This document shows positions 23,208 through 31,876 of a DNA stretch of 40,074 nt, piece after piece. The stretch covers positions 1-40,074 of the forward strand of contig JBBTZX010000034.1 in the NCBI GenBank assembly GCA_038061125.1. Direction: 5' to 3'. The position numbers and the translations under genes are program-made. Under the pieces are notes generated by a model. The model worked only from the letters and a program-made list of their open reading frames with translations. It was not told where the DNA came from and did no database searches. Positions within the stretch are counted from its first letter, which is position 1. Each line of letters begins with the position of its first letter. Origin of the DNA: Patescibacteria group bacterium. Its GTDB lineage: Bacteria; Patescibacteriota; Microgenomatia; Levybacterales; UBA12049.

Positions 23208-24713
23208 TCAGTCAAATATAGATAAGTTATCTTCGTTAATTTTTACCCTGTCTGCTTTCTTTCTGTAATCTAACTGGAGGGGGATTGAAGGTTTTTTCGC
23301 ATTTTCCAGAATATCTTTAATTGTTAATATTTGAATTTTGGGAATGCCTGTTTTATAAAATCCAGATTGTATTGCTTCTTCGGTCATGTTTCTTGTAGGT
23401 TCTTCTAGGGTAAGGAAAATTCCTACTAGAGCCTTCTCTTTTTCTACAACAGCTTTTAATTCCCTAATATCTTTTGCTTGAACCTTTCCGCTTTTTACTT
23501 GCACTATGGCTTTTTGATATTCTTTGGGTTTATCTGAATCCATAAAATAAATATATCCATCTATTCCGGTATCTGCTCCTTTTTTCTTGTCTGCCCAAGG
23601 TCTGGCGTTTACTAGGGATAAAGCCCAATACTGAAAATCATATCTATCTTGTCTTTGAGCAAGTTCTATTGCTCCTTGTAAGTCTTCGGGTTCTCCGATA
23701 ACATCGTAATTTTTTCTTTGTTCAAGTCCATATTCATTTTTTAATCGGTACTTCATTAAGTTAATTGCTAAATGAGTAATATCTATGCCAAGCCATGTAA
23801 GATGATAGTCTTCTTTCTGTTTTAAATATTCACAAGCGGATAGGGTAGTGCCGCATCCACAAAAAGGATCTAAAACAATTCCGTTTTTTGGACAGGATGC
23901 TTTTATTATTCTTTCAAGTAATTTACGAGGTTTTTGCGTGTTATATCCAAGTCTCTCGGTTTTGTCTCTTTCTGGGATTTGGGGTACTATCCAAACATCA
24001 TTTGGATTTCTTGGTTCGTCTAGGTAATATTTATAAACTTTTCCTGCTTTCCTTACTTCCCTATACCTTCTTCCGTCTGGATCGGTTCCAAAATATCCGC
24101 CAAAAGTGCCTTCGTTTTGTTCTCTTAAATCTCCAACAGCTTTCCCGTCATAAAAATAGCTTTCGGTCTTGTTATAAACAAGAAGAATATCGTGTCTTTT
24201 GCTAAAAGCAGTTCTGCCTATACTTCCGCTATTCCTAACCCAGACAATCTCATTCATAAAGTTTTTTACTCCAAAAATTGTATCCATAACTACTTTTAAG
24301 TAATGAGAAGCTGTCGGATCGCAGTGAAGATATAGAGTGCCCGTAGATTTCAAAACTCTATGCAACTCTAGTAATCTAATTGTCATCATGGTTAAGTAAG
24401 CCATTACATCGTTTTGCTTAATAAACTTTCTAAAAGCTAAAATCATGTCTACAGCCTCCGAAGGAGCATTGTCAACAATTTCTTTGAATGCTCGTTCCGA
24501 TTCTTCTGTCCAATGCCAAGTGTCATCAAATGCTTCAATTTGGGCTTTTGATTTGTCTCCAGTTAGTTCTTCGAATAGGACATTATAAGAAGCTTTAGAA
24601 TTGAAAGGCGGATCTAAGTAAATTAAGTCAATAGAATTATCAGCGATATGGTTTTTAAGTATCCGAAGGTTATCTCCAAAAAATAGGGTAGACCTGTTAA
24701 TGCCCATACTCAT
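23208..24713 (-). CDS. Beta-class N6-adenine/N4-cytosine DNA methyltransferase fused to a C-terminal Mrr-like (PD-(D/E)xK) nuclease domain
   Basis: 501 aa. DPPF (motif IV) precedes DPFCGCGTT (motif I), which is the beta permutation. The C-terminal ~140 aa carry GADTGIDGYIYF ... VQVKSGK, matching the Mrr_cat pattern (GDGGIDG ... QCK). Confidence 0.8.
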   Translation of the reverse strand: MSMGINRSTLFFGDNLRILKNHIADNSIDLIYLDPPFNSKASYNVLFEELTGDKSKAQIEAFDDTWHWTEESERAFKEIVDNAPSEAVDMILAFRKFIKQNDVMAYLTMMTIRLLELHRVLKSTGTLYLHCDPTASHYLKVVMDTIFGVKNFMNEIVWVRNSGSIGRTAFSKRHDILLVYNKTESYFYDGKAVGDLREQNEGTFGGYFGTDPDGRRYREVRKAGKVYKYYLDEPRNPNDVWIVPQIPERDKTERLGYNTQKPRKLLERIIKASCPKNGIVLDPFCGCGTTLSACEYLKQKEDYHLTWLGIDITHLAINLMKYRLKNEYGLEQRKNYDVIGEPEDLQGAIELAQRQDRYDFQYWALSLVNARPWADKKKGADTGIDGYIYFMDSDKPKEYQKAIVQVKSGKVQAKDIRELKAVVEKEKALVGIFLTLEEPTRNMTEEAIQSGFYKTGIPKIQILTIKDILENAKKPSIPLQLDYRKKADRVKINEDNLSIFD

Positions 24714-24720
24714 TTTATGC

Positions 24721-24736
24721 TACTTATAGTCCCAAT
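24721..24736. promoter_or_regulatory. C-box-like site 1 (TACTTATAGTCCCAAT)
   Basis: One mismatch to the GACTnnnAGTC C-box core. Shares AGTCCCAAT with site 2. Lies 8 nt upstream of the methyltransferase start. Confidence 0.3.
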
Positions 24737-24776
24737 ATAGCACATTTTAATAAATAAATGCTACAAGGAGAAGCTG

Positions 24777-24792
24777 GTCTGTCAGTCCCAAT
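24777..24792. promoter_or_regulatory. C-box-like site 2 (GTCTGTCAGTCCCAAT)
   Basis: One mismatch to GACTnnnAGTC. About 23 nt upstream of the HTH gene ATG at 24815. Confidence 0.3.
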
Positions 24793-24814
24793 TAGCTTAA
24801 TCTTTGGGGTAGTT

Positions 24815-25036
24815 ATGGATGTTGTATCGGTTATCCATAAAAGGTTAGGGCAGAGAATTTATCAGTTAAGGAAAGAAAGGGAAATGACTCAAGAAGATTT
24901 AGCTTTTAAGGTTGGTGTTGATAGAAGCTATATGGGTTTTGTAGAAAGGGGAGAGAAAAATGCTACCGTTAAAATTCTTGCCAAAATAGCATTTGCTCTT
25001 AAAGTTTCTCTATCCGAACTTTTCCGCTCGGTTTAG
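24815..25036 (+). CDS. XRE-family HTH regulator, controller (C) protein-like
   Basis: Start moved to ATG 24815 (MDVVSVIHKRLGQRIYQLRKEREMTQEDLAFKVGVDRSYMGFVERGEKN). 73 aa, divergent from the methyltransferase. Size and position are typical of R-M controller proteins. Confidence 0.7.
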   Translation: MDVVSVIHKRLGQRIYQLRKEREMTQEDLAFKVGVDRSYMGFVERGEKNATVKILAKIAFALKVSLSELFRSV

Positions 25037-25059
25037 ATAATTTATTCTGCTTCACGTTT

Positions 25060-25076
25060 TTCTGCTATAATCTTCA
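25060..25076 (+). promoter_or_regulatory. Promoter module TTCTGCTATAATCTTCA, copy A (upstream of 25111)
   Basis: TGCTATAAT is a consensus extended -10. A GAAGG Shine-Dalgarno sequence (25094-25098) lies 12 nt before the ATG at 25111. Confidence 0.55.
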
Positions 25077-25110
25077 CAAATCTATTGTATTCTTCTTCAC
25101 GAAGGCAATT

Positions 25111-25848
25111 ATGAAACCTACATTAAATAGTTTACTTAAGGATCAAAATAGAAATATTAAAGTTTTTCTAAAGAGTCTACCTACTGAAAAGAAAATTATA
25201 AATAGGATAATAAGCTTATATTTTAATTTTCATAAATCCTTCAATAAGAAGATCCCAAGGGAGAGAATACCTGAGCTTCATCTTTTTTGGATCACTCTTA
25301 GAGGATTTTTTATAAGTATAGAATTAATGTTACAAGGGCATGTATCGGAATCGTATTCAATTGTTAGTACATCAGTGGAAGCTGCTGGTTATGTATTTAA
25401 AATCTGCAAAAATCCTTCAAAATCAATAGTTTGGATAAAGAAAAAAGATTATAGCTACAGAGAATTTAAATCAAAATTTGGTGAACCTTTTCCTCGGGAG
25501 TTCTTTAAGCGATTTCCAGAACTATCTCAATTATATGATATTTACAATTTAACTAGAGATTATGGTATTCATTCAAACTTAGAAAAGACAATTTTCTTCA
25601 AGAAAAAGGATGAAAAGAATTCAAATGAATACGCTTTTAAATTCAGCGAGTTAGACAATTTTCCATTAGTGCAATCAAACCTAAATTATTTAATTCACGC
25701 AAATATAAAAATATTAAAGATATTTAAAATTTGTTTTGAAGATATGTTAGACAAAAAATGGAAGTCAAAATTAACACACGTAGAAAAAACCTTCGACAAA
25801 CATAGATCCTCAATCCCAAGTATGCTGAATGCGTTAGGTTATAAATAA
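25111..25848 (+). CDS. Hypothetical helical protein with an Rx4H motif (HEPN-like candidate, or a novel restriction/effector subunit)
   Basis: 245 aa. LTRDYGIHSN contains R-D-x3-H, matching the HEPN R[NDHQ]xxxH signature. It occupies the position of the R gene in a C-R operon. No PD-(D/E)xK motif is recognisable by eye. Confidence 0.3.
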   Translation: MKPTLNSLLKDQNRNIKVFLKSLPTEKKIINRIISLYFNFHKSFNKKIPRERIPELHLFWITLRGFFISIELMLQGHVSESYSIVSTSVEAAGYVFKICKNPSKSIVWIKKKDYSYREFKSKFGEPFPREFFKRFPELSQLYDIYNLTRDYGIHSNLEKTIFFKKKDEKNSNEYAFKFSELDNFPLVQSNLNYLIHANIKILKIFKICFEDMLDKKWKSKLTHVEKTFDKHRSSIPSMLNALGYK

Positions 25849-25855
25849 TTAATGC

Positions 25856-25872
25856 TTCTGCTATAATTTTCA
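25856..25872 (+). promoter_or_regulatory. Promoter module TTCTGCTATAATTTTCA, copy B (orphan)
   Basis: 16 of 17 nt identical to copies A and C. An ATG at 25876 follows the -10 box by 8 nt. Confidence 0.45.
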
Positions 25873-25875
25873 GAG

Positions 25876-25968
25876 ATGAGTTTGACCTTTGACTCCGCCA
25901 GGTACCAGTCGGTACCTGACTTTACTCAGGGTAAATCAGTGGGGATATTTGGAATAAAACTTCAGTAA
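25876..25968 (+). other. 30-codon sORF or short transcript containing a GC-rich perfect hairpin
   Basis: MSLTFDSARYQSVPDFTQGKSVGIFGIKLQ. CAGGTACC (25899-25906) pairs with GGTACCTG (25911-25918). The transcript runs head-on toward the 3' end of the PIN gene. Confidence 0.2.
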
Positions 25969-25973
25969 AACTT

Positions 25974-26375
25974 TTAGTCTTTCAATAGTTTTAAAAAATC
26001 TTTTGGTGAGAGGATTTTCGTTTTATTATATTGCTTGAGTTTTAGCACGAGTTTGTCTCCGCTTATTAAATAATCTGCCTGAGCTTCACCAGCAAGCTCC
26101 AAAAGAAAATTGTCAGTTGGGTCTTTGCATATAAGAATCTTTTTTTTAGGAATATATTTTTCTGTTTTTGTTTCTAACGCTTCTTCGACAGTTTGAAGAG
26201 TATATATAGAAATCAAAAATTTTCCTTGTAACTTATTAAGAATTTCTGCTTTTAGTTCTGGAGATAAGCAAAATATATATTTTTTGTTAAGCCATGCTTC
26301 GATTACTTTTTGAGGATTTCCGCCAAACAGAACGCCGGAAATAAATACATTCGTATCTACAACGATCTTATGCAT
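25974..26375 (-). CDS. PIN-domain toxin (type II TA system)
   Basis: 133 aa. An N-terminal VVDTNVFISG acidic motif and a later ISGD. 8-nt overlap with the upstream antitoxin gene. Confidence 0.75.
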   Translation of the reverse strand: MHKIVVDTNVFISGVLFGGNPQKVIEAWLNKKYIFCLSPELKAEILNKLQGKFLISIYTLQTVEEALETKTEKYIPKKKILICKDPTDNFLLELAGEAQADYLISGDKLVLKLKQYNKTKILSPKDFLKLLKD

Positions 26376-26661
26376 TTTTTATGATTGAGTAAGCATCCTT
26401 TTCGGAGCGGGGAGCTTTTATTGATTTCTTTTGAAGATATTTCTTAAAGGATTTTTTTCCTTCACTGAAAATTTCCTGGAACTTGAGTTCAAAAAGCTGA
26501 TTCATTTCTTCCTCCTGTTTTTTTATCTCACTATAAGGATAAATAACTACAGAAGGAGAACTATCTTGCACTATAACGATAGGTTGTCTTGTTGTTTTCA
26601 CCTTCTGAACAAGTTTGCCTAAATTGTTTCTTGCATCAGTAACGCTTACTATCTGTAACAT
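26368..26661 (-). CDS. Phd/YefM-family antitoxin
   Basis: 97 aa. VSVTDARNNLGKLVQKV...QPIVIVQDSSPSVVIYPYSE matches the Phd/YefM N-terminal fold pattern. Confidence 0.75.
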   Translation of the reverse strand: MLQIVSVTDARNNLGKLVQKVKTTRQPIVIVQDSSPSVVIYPYSEIKKQEEEMNQLFELKFQEIFSEGKKSFKKYLQKKSIKAPRSEKDAYSIIKNA

Positions 26662-26670
26662 ACATAGTAC

Positions 26671-26699
26671 ATTATATAGTACTTGTCACTGTCTGTCAA
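26671..26699 (-). promoter_or_regulatory. Consensus promoter of the TA operon with embedded ATAGTAC x2 repeat (putative leaderless mRNA)
   Basis: Minus strand: TTGACA (26699-26694), 17 nt, TATAAT (26676-26671), 9 nt, ATG (26661). ATAGTAC occurs at 26664-26670 and 26676-26682. Confidence 0.6.
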
Positions 26700-26722
26700 G
26701 GGGAACTTTGCCGTGTTCCAAT

Positions 26723-26739
26723 TTCTGCTATAATCTTCA
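26723..26739 (+). promoter_or_regulatory. Promoter module TTCTGCTATAATCTTCA, copy C (lepA)
   Basis: TGCTATAAT, with the lepA ATG 10 nt after the -10 box. Confidence 0.55.
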
Positions 26740-26744
26740 GGATC

Positions 26745-28472
26745 ATGAACAATCAAAATAACATCAGGAATTTTGCCATCATCGCCCATGTGGATCACGG
26801 CAAATCAACTCTTGCAGACAGGTTTTTGGAAATTACAAATACGATTCCCAAAGAAAAAATGCGGGAACAGTTTTTAGACCAAAATCCAATCAGTAGGGAA
26901 AGAGGAATTACAATAAAACTAGCCCCGGTTAGAATGAACTACACGCTAAACGCTATTAACTATACGTTAAATTTAATTGATACTCCGGGGCATGTAGATT
27001 TTTCTTATGAGGTGTCTCGTACTTTGGCTGCATGCGAAGGCGCGATACTGCTGATAGATGCTACGCAAGGAATTCAAGCACAAACCGTAGCCCATTTAAA
27101 TTCTGCAAGAGAAGAAAAACTAACGATAATTCCGGTTATAAATAAGATAGATTTGGATATCGCCAAGCCCGAAGAAGTGGCAGTTGCACTAATCGAAAAA
27201 TTTGGATTTACAAAAGACGAAATAATTTATATTTCCGCAAAAACAGGCAAAAATGTCGAGGATCTTCTTAAAGCTGTAATTGCAAGAATCCCAGCCCCGC
27301 AAGGATTGGATTCTCCTTTAAAAGCTCTCATTTTTGATGCTTTTTATGATGAGTATAAAGGAGTAATCGTTTATGTAAAGATAAGGGATGGAAAAGTTAA
27401 AAAGACCGATAGAATAAAATTTCTGCAAAGTAGCGCAGAAGGAGAAGTTACGGAAGTTGGATATTTTTCTCCATTTCTTGCAGCCAAAAACGAATTAACA
27501 ACAGGAGAAATAGGCTATATTATCACAGGGGTTAAAGACATTCGGCTTGCTCGAGTCGGAGATACTATAGCTTTTGCCAATCACCAAACTTTACCATTAC
27601 CTGGCTACAGACAATCAAAACCCTTAGTGTTTTTCGGTGTATATCCGAAAGCCTCAAATGAATTGGTTCACCTTAAAGAGTCTCTTAATGCCTTGGCATT
27701 AAATGATACGTCCTTAACAATTGCGGAGGAACATTCGGCCTTTTTAGGATCGGGTTTCAGGGTGGGATTTTTGGGATTACTGCATGCGGAAATAGTCAAA
27801 GAAAGACTAAAAAAAGAGAAAGAAATTGATGCAATTTTTACAACACCATCGGTTTTATATAAAAAGGAAAAAGAAACAATGTTTGAACCATACATAAGAT
27901 TAACAGTATATTCGCCAAATGAGTATGTGGGACAGATAATAACTGTATGTCAAAATAAAAAAGGAGAGCTTGTAGATATGTCCTATCAGGGTAATAATGT
28001 TATTTTTACCTATAATATGCCATACAGTATGCTTATCCGCGGACTTTCGTCAGAGATTAAAACCGCATCGTCGGGATTTGCCAGCATAGATTATACGCTT
28101 ACTGATTATAGACAAGCAGATCTTGTTAATCTTGAAATACGAGTCAATGATGTTTCAATAGATGTTCTATCGGAATTTGTCTATAGAGATGAAATAAATA
28201 TAGAGGCAAGAAAAAAAGTAGAGAAATTAAAAAATTCATTGCCAAAGCAGCAATTTAGACAGATTATTCAGGCCGTTGCCGACTCAAGAATATTAGCCAA
28301 AGAAGAGATAGCACCTTTTAGGAAAGACGTTTTAGCCAAAATGTCTGGAGGAGATAGAGGGCGAAAAGATAAGCTTTTGGATAAACAAAAGAAAGGCAAA
28401 AAGCGTCTTATGTCGCAAGCAAAAATTACTATTCCACAGGAAGCATTGCTTTCTTTAATAGGAAATAGTTAA
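26745..28472 (+). CDS. lepA: Translation elongation factor 4 (LepA)
   Basis: IRNFAIIAHVDHGKSTLADR G1 motif, DTPGHVDF, NKID, and a LepA-type C-terminal domain. 575 aa. Confidence 0.9.
   Translation: MNNQNNIRNFAIIAHVDHGKSTLADRFLEITNTIPKEKMREQFLDQNPISRERGITIKLAPVRMNYTLNAINYTLNLIDTPGHVDFSYEVSRTLAACEGAILLIDATQGIQAQTVAHLNSAREEKLTIIPVINKIDLDIAKPEEVAVALIEKFGFTKDEIIYISAKTGKNVEDLLKAVIARIPAPQGLDSPLKALIFDAFYDEYKGVIVYVKIRDGKVKKTDRIKFLQSSAEGEVTEVGYFSPFLAAKNELTTGEIGYIITGVKDIRLARVGDTIAFANHQTLPLPGYRQSKPLVFFGVYPKASNELVHLKESLNALALNDTSLTIAEEHSAFLGSGFRVGFLGLLHAEIVKERLKKEKEIDAIFTTPSVLYKKEKETMFEPYIRLTVYSPNEYVGQIITVCQNKKGELVDMSYQGNNVIFTYNMPYSMLIRGLSSEIKTASSGFASIDYTLTDYRQADLVNLEIRVNDVSIDVLSEFVYRDEINIEARKKVEKLKNSLPKQQFRQIIQAVADSRILAKEEIAPFRKDVLAKMSGGDRGRKDKLLDKQKKGKKRLMSQAKITIPQEALLSLIGNS
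26937..26978. repeat. Diverged 21-nt tandem duplication inside lepA (NYTLNAI / NYTLNLI)
   Basis: aactacacgctaaacgctatt / aactatacgttaaatttaatt, 15 of 21 identical. Lies just before DTPGH. Confidence 0.7.
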
Positions 28473-28483
28473 TTTTCTGAAAT

Positions 28484-29677
28484 TTAAAGGGCGAAAAGTA
28501 AAATAGCACCGATAATCGATAAAATACCACCCATTGCTCCAATTTTCAAGAATGTTTCTGAAGGTCCAGGAGCTGCTATTGGAGAAACTTTAGGAGTAGG
28601 AGATAAGATTTGTCCTACGACAAGAGTTAGTGTTGGAGTAAGCCCTGCGGAAATACTAGAGCTTGGTTGTCCTGCTACTGCAGGAGTGCCGGTTACAATT
28701 GCCCCTGTAGCGGTTTTTACCGTAACCGTTTGCGTGCAGCTGGTTGGGCTGTTGGTTGTTCCATTATTGTCCGTAAACATTGCCGAAGCAGTGAAATTTC
28801 CCGCATTGTGATACGTATGAAATGTTTGTACACTTACAGAACTTGAGCCAATACCTCCGCCTTGAATAACATCCTGTATGGGACCGTCTCCAAAATTAAA
28901 ACTAACCTTAGATATAGTTCCGTTAACTTTTCTGCCATTTGCAGTAAAATTAAGAGAGAAAGGAACGTTGCCTGATGCTGTGCGATCTACGCTTAAACTA
29001 TCACAAACTGGAGGAGAATTGGTTGTAGCAGCAGCGCCGGGCTGGGATGTCGGAGTTGGAGTTAATAATGCGGTTGAGGAGATTTCAATAGTAGCAGGAA
29101 GAGAACTTATGGTTCCCGTAGAATCTGTTTTTAAAACATTTTCGCTTGACTTATCGGTTCCTGCCACAGAGAAAGCTTGGCTATCATTCGCAAAACTTAT
29201 TTTCGTTGTCCCGGTTTTTAACGGAGCAAATGCGACATAGGCAACTGTAACAGGCGATGATATTTTTGCAGTTGCCGCTGTTATTGAAATAGAGATAGCT
29301 ATGTTATTGCCACCGGGCGTTGGACCTTCAACAGTTTGTAAATTGGAATTTCCTTTATCAGGACAAAGACTATCTTGAGGATTTGAGCATACGGAACCGG
29401 CAGGAGCTGTCTTAAGGAAAGCAGGATCATAATTTATACTTAATTTCAAGAAAGAAAGTTGATTGTCTTTAGGGTCGACATTAATTTTAAATAATAACAC
29501 TTCGGAAGAATTAGTAGTTTTGGAAGAAGGATCAAAAGAGAAAATTGTTGTTGGAGCTGCTTTGCTCCTTAATTCCTGCTGCTTTTGTACGACGTAAACA
29601 GTTAAGGGGATAGCGACAAGAATGACGACAATAAACATTAGGAGAATTACCTTTTTGATTAAGGATAAAGAAGCCAT
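28484..29677 (-). CDS. Secreted surface protein with a cohesin-like domain, a PKD-like domain and a C-terminal hydrophobic anchor
   Basis: 397 aa. N-terminal signal/anchor helix, PKD-like FNFGDGP...HTYHNAGNFTA, a Pro/Thr-rich linker, and a C-terminal helix GAMGGILSIIGAILLFAL. Confidence 0.5.
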   Translation of the reverse strand: MASLSLIKKVILLMFIVVILVAIPLTVYVVQKQQELRSKAAPTTIFSFDPSSKTTNSSEVLLFKINVDPKDNQLSFLKLSINYDPAFLKTAPAGSVCSNPQDSLCPDKGNSNLQTVEGPTPGGNNIAISISITAATAKISSPVTVAYVAFAPLKTGTTKISFANDSQAFSVAGTDKSSENVLKTDSTGTISSLPATIEISSTALLTPTPTSQPGAAATTNSPPVCDSLSVDRTASGNVPFSLNFTANGRKVNGTISKVSFNFGDGPIQDVIQGGGIGSSSVSVQTFHTYHNAGNFTASAMFTDNNGTTNSPTSCTQTVTVKTATGAIVTGTPAVAGQPSSSISAGLTPTLTLVVGQILSPTPKVSPIAAPGPSETFLKIGAMGGILSIIGAILLFAL

Positions 29678-29747
29678 AAATTAATTAATCTGAATTTATC
29701 GTATAGGAGAAATAAGTTTATGTCAACTCTTTCTAAACTATAGGATA

Positions 29748-29776
29748 TTGACATAGTTTTGGTTTTACTGTATAAA
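29748..29776 (+). promoter_or_regulatory. groES-groEL promoter
   Basis: TTGACA (29748-29753), 17 nt, TATAAA (29771-29776) with TG immediately upstream. Confidence 0.55.
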
Positions 29777-29803
29777 TTATCAGTCACTTTCAACGAGTGA
29801 TAT
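29777..29803. promoter_or_regulatory. Degenerate CIRCE-like inverted repeat (TTATCAGTC-N9-GAGTGATAT)
   Basis: The 9-nt spacer and position (between the promoter and groES) match CIRCE, TTAGCACTC-N9-GAGTGCTAA. There are 2 mismatches per half-site to that consensus. Confidence 0.4.
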
Positions 29804-29829
29804 TTTTTACTCCAAGATTTGAGATTACA

Positions 29830-30129
29830 ATGACAAAAACATCAGACATAAGACCATTATTTGATAACGTATTGATAAAACCGCTTGAAGCAGAAACAAA
29901 AACCTCAAGTGGAATAATTCTTCCTGATAGCGCAAAAGAAAAACCACAAGTAGGTTTAATTATGGCAGTTGGGCAGGGAAGAAAAGATGATAATGGTAAA
30001 ATTATTCCCATAAGCGTTAAAGTTGGACAAAAAGTTATGTACAAGAAATGGGGAGGGAATGAAGTAAAAGTTGGAACAGAAGAATGGTTGTTGGTAGAAG
30101 AAAAAGATATCTTGGCAGTTGTTGGTTAA
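29830..30129 (+). CDS. groES: Co-chaperonin GroES
   Basis: Start moved to ATG 29830 (MTKTSDIRPLFDNVLIKPLE...). 99 aa, immediately upstream of groEL. Confidence 0.9.
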   Translation: MTKTSDIRPLFDNVLIKPLEAETKTSSGIILPDSAKEKPQVGLIMAVGQGRKDDNGKIIPISVKVGQKVMYKKWGGNEVKVGTEEWLLVEEKDILAVVG

Positions 30130-31788
<1,659 letters not shown>

Positions 31789-31823
31789 AATAAATTAAAA
31801 ATAAAAAGTAAAAAATCATTAGA

Positions 31824-31844
31824 CCCCGCTATGCGGGGTTTTTT
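31824..31844 (+). terminator. Intrinsic terminator after groEL
   Basis: CCCCGC (31824-31829), loop tat, GCGGGG (31833-31838), then TTTTTT. Confidence 0.8.
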
Positions 31845-31876
31845 ATTATATAATAATACTACTTTAGATATTTTTT

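Noticed and set aside
24758-24814. Upstream extension (MLQGEAGLSVPISLIFGVV) of the HTH ORF
   Set aside because: The extension would overlap the C-box-like site. The ATG at 24815 is preceded by GGGGT and gives the ~73-aa size typical of controller proteins.
28878-29240. 120-aa plus-strand ORF
   Set aside because: It is antisense to the cohesin/PKD surface-protein gene, whose domain motifs support the minus-strand frame.
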